Below the pieces are notes generated by a model. The model did not search any database and was not told the origin of the DNA. It saw only the letters and a program-made list of their open reading frames with translations. Of a stretch of 64,000 nt of DNA, positions 51,288-59,292 are shown piece by piece. The position numbers were made by a program, and so were the translations under genes. The DNA lies in assembly GCA_041674185.1 (NCBI GenBank), contig JBAYWE010000004.1:186-64185 (forward strand), given 5' to 3'. Source of the DNA: Minisyncoccota bacterium. GTDB taxonomy: Bacteria > Patescibacteriota > Minisyncoccia > UBA6257 > JAGOQP01. Numbering within the stretch: position 1 is the stretch's first letter; each line of letters opens with the position of its first letter.

Positions 51288-51599
51288 AGGAGGAGAGTTC
51301 GCCCGCGAGTCTTTTTGTTGCAACAAAAAGCTCTGGGCACCAACTCGCTGTACTCACAGCTGTTCGCACATGCTCCCTGCCTACCGGCAGGCAGGCGTCA
51401 TTCGAATCATCTAAATAGAAAGGAGATTCGGCTACAAGTCGTTTTATCTTCCGCTAAAACGCTCGCAGCCCGCCCCTCGTGGCACTCCTTACCACCTCGT
51501 TCGTCGCGCAACACTACGGTCTTCGAATCCCCCACGTGGATGAAGCAGTTCATTCACTCTCTCCGCAAACAAAATACCCCCTTACGGGGTACTTGTTTG
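51288..51599 (-). repeat. tRNA-Ser-linked structured element (two tandem core units)
   Basis: Hairpin 51565-51599; antisense tRNA 3' end 51522-51565 split by a 25-nt hairpin (51534-51558); T-arm copy CGAATCTCC at 51422-51430; second unit 51288-51408 homologous to 1927-1978. Confidence 0.85.
51376..51395. repeat. 20-bp palindromic insertion, copy 3
   Basis: Interrupts CTC|CGTC. The homologous core near 1936-1942 is uninterrupted. Confidence 0.92.
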
Positions 51600-51686
51600 C
51601 GGAGAGGGGGAGATTCGAACTCCCGGGGGCGGTTAAGCCCCACAGCTTTAGCAAAGCTGCACAATAGACCACTCTGACACCTCTCC
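51600..51686 (-). tRNA. tRNA-Ser (anticodon GCT)
   Basis: Acceptor GGAGAGG/CCTCTCC, anticodon arm CAGCT-TTGCTAA-AGCTG, long variable arm, G73. Confidence 0.95.
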
Positions 51687-51691
51687 ATATT

Positions 51692-51937
51692 TTATTGTAA
51701 ATTATACTTTCTCTTTATCTCTTCACGTTTATATCCTTTTTTGTATTCTTTTTCAAGGCAACGAGCATCTTCTTCTGTTTTACATTCTATATATTCTAAA
51801 AGTGTTAATGGTATTCTATTTTTTAATGACTGAGTGTGTCCAGCGTTATGCTCTAAAATTCTTCGCGAGACATTATTTGTCTTACCAATGTATATCCCGC
51901 AATCTTTCTCACTTTTTAAAATATATACAAAGTACAT
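51692..51937 (-). CDS. Small stand-alone GIY-YIG nuclease
   Basis: YFVYIL...IYIGKT...RRILEHN.G...EDARCLEKEYK, with catalytic Tyr/Arg/His/Glu positions present. Confidence 0.9.
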   Translation of the reverse strand: MYFVYILKSEKDCGIYIGKTNNVSRRILEHNAGHTQSLKNRIPLTLLEYIECKTEEDARCLEKEYKKGYKREEIKRKYNLQ

Positions 51938-51951
51938 AGTTATATGTAATT

Positions 51952-52006
51952 CTGCACAATAGACCCCTGCCTACCGGCAGGCAGGACTCTGACACCTCTC
52001 CATATT
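51952..52006 (-). repeat. Duplicated tRNA-Ser 5' end (35 bp) containing 20-bp palindrome copy 4 (51966-51985)
   Basis: Identical to 51657-51691 once the 20-mer is removed. Confidence 0.92.
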
Positions 52007-52092
52007 AACTTGCTCACATAATATTGATAAATAGAAGAAAAATCAACTGGGTGATTTTAATTACTCTTATTTTGATATATGATATTTATATT

Positions 52093-53232
52093 ATGAGTTT
52101 ATCTAAAAAACAGATACCCCTTGCGGTTTTTATTATCATATTTGTCGTTATTATCGGTATCGCTATTATTATTGCTACCGGTGGAGTTCAAACCTCATCT
52201 CCCTCTGATCCCTTAACCGCAACGACAACTATTTTCGGTATACCGGTACCCAATCAAATCAGTGTTCCGACTCCACAGAAAGCAAATCAATATATTACCT
52301 CTGATTCTCAACCCCCCGCCACTGGATATACTCCTCCACAAAACATACCCATAGAAACTCAAATCGTAAAAGCACAAGCTGCTTTTACCGTTCTCTACCC
52401 CACAAACAATCAAACACTTATTAATGATCCTACCTATAATACACCCCTCGCCATCATACGATGGTCCTCAAAATTTGCGAGTATTAAAAACGTAAATCTT
52501 GATTTACAAGATCAGAACGGAACTTTTATAAAAACCATCGCTACCCATACTGCAAATTCCGGCACCTATGTTTGGTTCTCTGGTGCCGAAATTCCAAATG
52601 GAACCTATCGCATACGCATACACGCACCTATTATCGGTACCACCATAGATGAAGGAATAAGCGATCTATTTTCCATTACCTCTCCCGCATCTTTGCAACA
52701 TCCTGATACCTCATGGCACACCTATATTAACCCTCAATATAAATTCTCATTTATCTATCCCGGAGATTTCTTGTTCTCAACTTTCAATACGCAATATCCA
52801 GGAACAACTATTGTAAAAATATCTCCTAAATTAAATTATTATATTCATGCAAATGATATCGAAACGGTAGATGCATCAGACATACTTATTTCAGCACGAC
52901 CCGCTGGTTCAAGTGCCTGTCCGAGTGTTGCAGAAACAACCGGTGCTCAAGGATACGTCTATGGCAACATGGACACCATACAAGGAAAATATGTTCAGTT
53001 TACCAAAGTGAAAAGAAATGATTTTGGTATTAATAATCAACATGCTCGCTATGTAGATTATTTTACCCTGCATAATGGCGTCTGTTATTCATTCCGATTC
53101 ACCGCTCACGTCGTTCGTCTCCCCTTCAGCACGAATGCGCTCTATCAAGCTCCTGATAAACTCGAAAACGATATATCACGCATGACCGCAAACGTTGAAC
53201 AAATGGTACTTTCTCTTGAATTTCTGCAATAA
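52093..53232 (+). CDS. Membrane-anchored surface protein (Ig-like plus PsbP-like regions)
   Basis: TM, Pro/Thr linker, V.YP...IRW...NSGTYVW...GTYRIRI, and WHTYINPQYKFSFIYP. Confidence 0.65.
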   Translation: MSLSKKQIPLAVFIIIFVVIIGIAIIIATGGVQTSSPSDPLTATTTIFGIPVPNQISVPTPQKANQYITSDSQPPATGYTPPQNIPIETQIVKAQAAFTVLYPTNNQTLINDPTYNTPLAIIRWSSKFASIKNVNLDLQDQNGTFIKTIATHTANSGTYVWFSGAEIPNGTYRIRIHAPIIGTTIDEGISDLFSITSPASLQHPDTSWHTYINPQYKFSFIYPGDFLFSTFNTQYPGTTIVKISPKLNYYIHANDIETVDASDILISARPAGSSACPSVAETTGAQGYVYGNMDTIQGKYVQFTKVKRNDFGINNQHARYVDYFTLHNGVCYSFRFTAHVVRLPFSTNALYQAPDKLENDISRMTANVEQMVLSLEFLQ

Positions 53233-53337
53233 GAACTACATTCATGCGACGTTTATACAAACTTGCACAAACATCAAAAATGACACATTATAAAAATACG
53301 CAAAAGCCGTCCTTTTATAATTAGAAATGGAGTATAT

Positions 53338-53805
53338 ATGAGTAATCTATCATTTGAGCACCTTCGCCGCATACTCGTGAATCATACCATCTCTTTTACG
53401 ACCATAGATCATGTGCCAGTTTTTACCATGCACGATGTTGCACGAGAACTCGGTATTCCCCCAGAGACTATGGCAAAGACAATTCTCTTAACCATTTCCT
53501 CTCAAGGATTATATAGAGTAGTGATTCCCGGCATGGCACGTCTGAGTATGAAAAAGTTAGCAGTAGTTCTTGCCCTTACGCGGAAAGATCTCCAATTTGC
53601 CTCACCAGAGCTTATTGAAAAAGCTGGATTTATGGTGGGAGCAATCCCCCCTTTTGGAGGAGATATACCGACCTGCATTGACGCCTCATTCTTGAAGCAG
53701 GATGTTTTATATTGTGGTGCAGGTGATCATGATAAAACGTTCTCCCTCAAACCAGAAGATGTAATAAAACTCTCACAAGCGCTCGTCGCTGATATAACAG
53801 AATAA
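53338..53805 (+). CDS. YbaK/ProX aminoacyl-tRNA deacylase family protein
   Basis: H.PVFT, AKTILL, GAIPPFG, ID and YCGAG. Confidence 0.88.
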   Translation: MSNLSFEHLRRILVNHTISFTTIDHVPVFTMHDVARELGIPPETMAKTILLTISSQGLYRVVIPGMARLSMKKLAVVLALTRKDLQFASPELIEKAGFMVGAIPPFGGDIPTCIDASFLKQDVLYCGAGDHDKTFSLKPEDVIKLSQALVADITE

Positions 53806-53831
53806 TTTAACAACTCAATCCGGAGGATTGT

Positions 53832-54785
53832 ATGGAAAATTCTTGGCGTAAGCCAAAGCTGGATATTCAAGGACAAAAAATTTTTTGGGATCAACAAGCT
53901 CCTCATTATGAAAAAGCAGATATGACCGTTGATAACCAAGGAGAACTCATCTGTGTTCTTGAAAAATACAAAGAGGTTCCTTGTAAAGAACTCATCACCC
54001 TCGGTGGAGCTATTGGATGCAGAGATCCAAAAGTTATTCTGGATGATATTATATCCAGAAACGAAAGACCATTCCCAAAAGTATTTATGAATGATCTTTC
54101 AAAGAAACAACTTCAATGGGCTCAAGAAAAGATCCTAAAAGATTACACGCGTAGTGGTTTTCATATTACCTACCTACCGGGAGAAATCAGATCGGTATGT
54201 ACAAAAATAAAAAATCATATGCCGCGACGCTTATTGATTGGTATCTACGAATCTCGCAGTTTTTTTGAGGCACAACCTTCATCTCAATACCCCCTTTGTG
54301 GATTTGATGAATATCTCAGAAATCATAACATTCTCGGACAGGAATTATTACTGAACTGGATGCGTTATGAGACGGGAGGAATATTTACCTCGTGTGGAAT
54401 TCGAACGCTCGTTACCTCACTAGATCACCCCAAAGATAAACTGGGTATAAAAAAATCCCTAGAGACATTTTACCGTTCGGTTACCGATGCGGGCACAGAA
54501 AATATTTCCTGTTTACAAATTATTGGAAGATCTCACAATCATCGCGGTTTTTTTCTTTCGCACTGGTATACTCAAACTGGTTTTATACCTATGCTCAAAG
54601 AAGCTTTTCCTGCTACATTATTTTCGATAACAAAATATCAATTTCCAAAAGGAGCACTCTTTGTGATAGATCCCCTGAGACACCAGCCCACTGGAATCAT
54701 TACTGTTCTCAATAATGTAATGGGAAACATACTCCCCCAAAATCAACTTAAAACATTACACGCTATACGGAGACTTATTCTCTAA
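53832..54785 (+). CDS. Hypothetical protein with possible SAM-methyltransferase-like N-terminus
   Basis: FWDQQAPHY, LITLGGAIG (motif I-like) and NDLS..QL.WA (motif II-like); SD GGAGG. Confidence 0.5.
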   Translation: MENSWRKPKLDIQGQKIFWDQQAPHYEKADMTVDNQGELICVLEKYKEVPCKELITLGGAIGCRDPKVILDDIISRNERPFPKVFMNDLSKKQLQWAQEKILKDYTRSGFHITYLPGEIRSVCTKIKNHMPRRLLIGIYESRSFFEAQPSSQYPLCGFDEYLRNHNILGQELLLNWMRYETGGIFTSCGIRTLVTSLDHPKDKLGIKKSLETFYRSVTDAGTENISCLQIIGRSHNHRGFFLSHWYTQTGFIPMLKEAFPATLFSITKYQFPKGALFVIDPLRHQPTGIITVLNNVMGNILPQNQLKTLHAIRRLIL

Positions 54786-54843
54786 ATAACCCCTGTTACA
54801 TACATTTCGTAACAGGGGCATTTTAATAGGATTCAGATAAGAT

Positions 54844-55644
54844 TTATAAACCTTTCACCCGCTTTGCTTTAAAACCCATACTGTCTTTATACGCTCGCGC
54901 ACCAAAAAGAATTGGATAAAATGCTTCTTGTGAAAGGACCTTTCTACCATTTAGAATCCCCAATACTTCTCCCTTTTTAATAGCATGGAAATTCATGATA
55001 GATCGTTTCATTTGAAATCCCCTTGGTTTTGGCTCTGTCCCATATACCGCATAGTACTGCGTCGTTCGTTTTGATGGTTCTACTTTAGAATCTATCATAC
55101 CCAACTTTTTCAGAATTATAGAGGCGTCTCTCAGCGATTCCTTATAAGTCTCACGACTCTTGTGTGTCCCATATTCTAAACTTATTCCCGCTTTACAAAA
55201 ATTAATAAGAGATCCATCTCCAATTCCTTTGGGCATAATCACCACATGCTCGGGTTTAAATAGAAAGAGTAATTTTTTAATTTCTTTTGTCTTCTTTTTT
55301 ATAATTACGGCACGACGGGTATTGGTAGTTGTCGAGTGTATATCAATACAATAGTCAGCATGACGAATGAGGGGTGCTATCTGATGCGCCAATCTTTGTT
55401 CATGAGTACCATGTTTATTCCCTGGGAAACACCTATTTAAATCTTCTTCAAGAAATCTCTTTTTCTCGCGAATTGCATCAGGATTTCCAATAATAGTAAT
55501 AAGCGTTCCTTTCTGAAGAGGATATTTTTCTATAGCCTGAATAACGCGACTCCCCACAAGTTCATCGCCATGAAGAGAACCCACGATAACTACCTCGGGT
55601 TTTCCTGTGCCATATTTTTTAATAATGGGTTTTGAAACTGTCAT
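54844..55644 (-). CDS. Succinylglutamate desuccinylase / aspartoacylase family Zn amidohydrolase
   Basis: HGDE..G, GNP.A, RF...DLNRCFP, DIHS and LEYG. Confidence 0.88.
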   Translation of the reverse strand: MTVSKPIIKKYGTGKPEVVIVGSLHGDELVGSRVIQAIEKYPLQKGTLITIIGNPDAIREKKRFLEEDLNRCFPGNKHGTHEQRLAHQIAPLIRHADYCIDIHSTTTNTRRAVIIKKKTKEIKKLLFLFKPEHVVIMPKGIGDGSLINFCKAGISLEYGTHKSRETYKESLRDASIILKKLGMIDSKVEPSKRTTQYYAVYGTEPKPRGFQMKRSIMNFHAIKKGEVLGILNGRKVLSQEAFYPILFGARAYKDSMGFKAKRVKGL

Positions 55645-55689
55645 AAGAAAAGTATAAAGTACTTATAAAAAAATGAAAGGCTTACACAG

Positions 55690-56436
55690 TTACGTGCAAG
55701 CCCTTTTTAAAATCCGTCTACATGCGTTGATAAATCTAATTATATGTACATCATTATCAATAGCACCGAACATTCTAAATTCAATCGTTCCGGTTGATGG
55801 TTTGTATCGTACCAGATCCCATACATTTTTTTCTCCCCCTTTACTCTCTATATAGGAGAGAAGACGGTCTGTGTTTTCAAAGAGAGGGGGATCTCCATAT
55901 ACCTTTGCCATAGTTCTATATGATTGCATGCGCATTCCGAGAGAAAAATCTCCCAGCTCACACAAATCATCTATTACGGATCTACGACAAAAGTTTAGAA
56001 CAGATACCGCCTCTTCTAAAGAGACCCCTAAATGTATGTGTACCGCGGCCACCTGAGAAGCAGCAATTTTTTCTGCAGTTTCTAATTTCTCCCATATCTC
56101 CTTATGTCTTGGATTAAAGGGGTTTACCACTAATTCCCCCAAGTCCTCTGCTGATACATATTCGGTACAGAGAAACTTCATATTTAAAGTTTTTCCAACA
56201 CACAATAATAATTCTTTATTATAGAAAAGTGAGTTGATTGTTTGGACAACGTTTGAAGTCACGAGGGTCCTATCTTCAACTTGTCCCGCAAAAAGTTCAA
56301 AAGAAAATAATTCCTTAGGAATATTTCTCCTTTCACATTCTGCCTCTAATTCAGGAAGAAGTTCCCCTATAAGAGGGGCTATTTTATCCTCTCTTAAAAT
56401 GAACCACTCCCGCTCAATTCCTATTGTTCGTTCCAC
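55690..56436 (-). CDS. Glutamate-cysteine ligase family 2 (GCS2/YbdK-like carboxylate-amine ligase)
   Basis: TIGIEREWF, ELFAGQVE, HIHLGV and WDLVRYKP.TGTIEFR; SD AGGAG with a GTG start. Confidence 0.78.
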   Translation of the reverse strand: MERTIGIEREWFILREDKIAPLIGELLPELEAECERRNIPKELFSFELFAGQVEDRTLVTSNVVQTINSLFYNKELLLCVGKTLNMKFLCTEYVSAEDLGELVVNPFNPRHKEIWEKLETAEKIAASQVAAVHIHLGVSLEEAVSVLNFCRRSVIDDLCELGDFSLGMRMQSYRTMAKVYGDPPLFENTDRLLSYIESKGGEKNVWDLVRYKPSTGTIEFRMFGAIDNDVHIIRFINACRRILKRACT

Positions 56437-56731
56437 GGCGTTTCTCCTTTTTTATGTAAAATAATTAGTAAATTCTCAAAGTACAATTCAGACACGGTAT
56501 TGTGTACTGACGATTTCGTATCTCAATACCTAATCGTCAAAACATAATAAATAATAGGCCCCTCATAGGCCCATATCACTCACTATTACAGAAATGAAAA
56601 AAGCCTATGCAAAGAAAGGATAGAAACCCCACCACAACCAATTGATTCTTTTTTCTGTATATGCAGTTTCCATGTGTTATATGGTACATAATTTTATAGC
56701 TTTTTGTCAAATATCGTATGGAATCATAAGA

Positions 56732-56760
56732 TTGACTTAATGCACATAATGTTTTATTAT
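56732..56760 (+). promoter_or_regulatory. Sigma-70 promoter of the trpS operon
   Basis: TTGACT-17 nt-TATTAT; a divergent TTGACA lies at 56705-56710 on the minus strand. Confidence 0.55.
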
Positions 56761-56828
56761 AAGAATAGAAAATTGATAATAAAATTATTCAAAAACTAAA
56801 TTTGGCACACGCCAAAAGGAGAAGTTGT

Positions 56829-57851
56829 ATGCAAAAGAAGGTTGTTTTATCAGGTATTCGAGCAACAGGATTGTTACACCTTGGAAATTATTTGGGTGTA
56901 CTCACTCGTTTTGCCGAAATGTCCAAAAATAACAGCTACAAAAGTTTATTCTTTGTGGCAGATTTACACACACTTACTACGCTGAAAGAGGCACGAATGA
57001 TTCAACGGCATATGCCTAATATCGTTATCGATTACCTTGCAGCTGGAATCAGTTTGGAAAATTCTTTCATTTACCTTCAATCGGATATACCGCAGGTTAC
57101 CGAGTTGGCTTGGTATCTCTCCTGTATAACTCCGGCAAAAGATCTCGAAAGTCTTCCCACCTATAAAGACAAGGTCGCGAAACATCCCGAAGATGTAAAT
57201 GCAGGATTATTTAATTATCCGGTGCTTATGGCAGCAGATATTATTGGTCCTCAGGCGGATCTCGTTCCTGTGGGGAAAGATCAACAGGCCCACCTCGAAT
57301 TAACCGTCTCTTTGGTGAAAAGACTGAATCATCTTTACAAAACACATTTTCCTATTCCTGACGCGCTTATTAATGAAATGATAACCGTACCGGGATTATC
57401 TGCTATGGGCGAAAATGGATTCCCAAAAATGGGAAAGAGCGATGGAAACACTATTGTTCTTTCTGAAATTCCGGGAGACACGTGGCAGAAAATTAAAACC
57501 GCCCCTACGGATCCAAACAGAAGATTAAGAACAGATGTAGGAAATCCAGAACATTGTTCTATTTTTCAACTTCACAAACTTATCAGTGCTCCAGATGAAA
57601 TTAATTGGAGTAAGAATGGTTGTGAAAAAGCTGAGATCGGCTGTATTGATTGCAAAAAATTACTTTCAGTCAATGTAAATAGTCTCTTGGAAGAATTCAG
57701 AGAACGTCGTAAAGAATTGGTTGAAAAACCAAACCTTATAAGAGACGTTCTTGAAGCAGGAAAAGCTCATGTAACACCGATATTTAACGAAACTATCGCG
57801 GTAGTACGTGATAGAATAGGCATTAAAGAAATGATCTTCGGTGGAGGATAA
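56829..57851 (+). CDS. trpS: Tryptophan--tRNA ligase
   Basis: SGIRATG.LHLGNY, ADLH, YPVLMAADI, VPVGKDQ and KMGKS; four C-terminal Cys (C...C...GCIDCK). Confidence 0.94.
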   Translation: MQKKVVLSGIRATGLLHLGNYLGVLTRFAEMSKNNSYKSLFFVADLHTLTTLKEARMIQRHMPNIVIDYLAAGISLENSFIYLQSDIPQVTELAWYLSCITPAKDLESLPTYKDKVAKHPEDVNAGLFNYPVLMAADIIGPQADLVPVGKDQQAHLELTVSLVKRLNHLYKTHFPIPDALINEMITVPGLSAMGENGFPKMGKSDGNTIVLSEIPGDTWQKIKTAPTDPNRRLRTDVGNPEHCSIFQLHKLISAPDEINWSKNGCEKAEIGCIDCKKLLSVNVNSLLEEFRERRKELVEKPNLIRDVLEAGKAHVTPIFNETIAVVRDRIGIKEMIFGGG

Positions 57852-57853
57852 AA

Positions 57854-59200
57854 ATGAAGAAGAAAACAGAAGACCCCGAATGGTTTCCCCACAAAGGAAA
57901 CAACACAAAAGAAATAAACAAAATACTCACAAACTCTCTTGCCCAATGCATTGATTATAAAAATCAACCAATACTCGGATTTCCCGGAACAACACCAAAT
58001 ACACTTGCACTGCAAGTGTATAGCAGATTCTCTCAGAGACAGCCAAATAATATTGGGTACCACACAAAATCAGCAGATGAGAAACCATCTGAAATGGGTT
58101 TTGCGGGGACCCAAAAACTTGAAAGAGAATTTATTTACGGTGTTGCGCAAATGATTGGTGTTAAGAATCCATCCAAAAAAATAGATGGGTACCTTTGCAC
58201 CGGCGGAACTGATGGAAACGACCACGGATTGTGGCTCGCTCGAAATAAGCTCTGGAAAGATATAACTGTTGCCGAAAATGAGAATCAAGGAATTGTAGTA
58301 CTCAGATCATTCTTATTTCATTACAGTATTGAAAAAGCATTCAATCGCCTTTTAGGAAAAAATCCTGATGAAAGTTATAAACACAACAACGTACTTCTGG
58401 AACTTCCTACAGATAATAACGGCGAATTAGAACCGAGTGTTATAGAAAAAGAAGTTCGCGCATACCACGAAAAAGGGTACCGGCGCTTTGCTGTTTTTCT
58501 CACCGCCGGAACAACTAACATGGGAAGTATTGATCCCGTATATAAGATCTGTAAGACCCTTAAAGGTCTGAAAGATAAATTACACATGGCAGTATATGTT
58601 CACGTTGATGCGGCTTTTGGAGGATTTGTAATTCCTTTCTTAGAACCTCAGTGTAAATTTGCATTTCAACATCCCCTGGTAGGATCAGTATCTATTGATG
58701 CCCACAAAACAGGATGGGTTCCTTACTCCGCTGGTATATTTTTATGCCGAAAAGGATATCTTGCATTCACTAAAACAGATGCGCGATATATATATGGACA
58801 CACTGATTTCACCATTCCTGGATCCCGATCAGGAGCAATTGCTGCAGCCTGTTGGGCAACGCTACAACAGTATGGATTCCACACCTTTAATAAAATTATT
58901 CAAGGTTCTATGAAAAATCGCAGCTATTTGGAAAAAGAACTGCGAAAAATACCGGGTATACATATATACCGAGGGAGAATGAATATCCTTACTATAAAAA
59001 CGCCTCGCTATCTCAAAAAACGGTTCACTGAGATACGAGAACGATTTTGTATTGTACAAGACCATTTTCCCAAGGACTTGACAAAGTGTGACGAAAAGAC
59101 TATGATGATGAAACGTACTATTTTAGTGTATCGGTTTACTGTTATGCCGCATGTCACTAAAAAAGATATCGATGTATTCATCAGCTCTTTGAATAATTAA
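57854..59200 (+). CDS. Group II PLP-dependent amino acid decarboxylase (MfnA/Tdc/Hdc-like)
   Basis: GGTDGN, HYSIEKA, TAGTT..GSIDP, HVDAAFGG, SIDAHK (PLP Lys) and GSRSG. Confidence 0.9.
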   Translation: MKKKTEDPEWFPHKGNNTKEINKILTNSLAQCIDYKNQPILGFPGTTPNTLALQVYSRFSQRQPNNIGYHTKSADEKPSEMGFAGTQKLEREFIYGVAQMIGVKNPSKKIDGYLCTGGTDGNDHGLWLARNKLWKDITVAENENQGIVVLRSFLFHYSIEKAFNRLLGKNPDESYKHNNVLLELPTDNNGELEPSVIEKEVRAYHEKGYRRFAVFLTAGTTNMGSIDPVYKICKTLKGLKDKLHMAVYVHVDAAFGGFVIPFLEPQCKFAFQHPLVGSVSIDAHKTGWVPYSAGIFLCRKGYLAFTKTDARYIYGHTDFTIPGSRSGAIAAACWATLQQYGFHTFNKIIQGSMKNRSYLEKELRKIPGIHIYRGRMNILTIKTPRYLKKRFTEIRERFCIVQDHFPKDLTKCDEKTMMMKRTILVYRFTVMPHVTKKDIDVFISSLNN

Positions 59201-59218
59201 TTTATAAATAAGGTTTAT

Positions 59219-59292
59219 GCCGGCGTAGCTCAATTGGCTAGAGTAGCGGTCTCCAAAACCGACGGTTGGGGGTTCGATTCCCTCCGCCGGCG
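59219..59292 (+). tRNA. tRNA-Trp (anticodon CCA)
   Basis: Acceptor GCCGGCG/CGCCGGC, anticodon arm GCGGT-CTCCAAA-ACCGA, T arm GGGGG-TTCGATT-CCCTC, G73. Confidence 0.93.

Noticed and set aside
56437-56828. T-box or attenuator upstream of trpS
   Set aside because: The promoter lies about 70 nt from the start, and no T-box consensus or Trp-rich leader peptide is visible.
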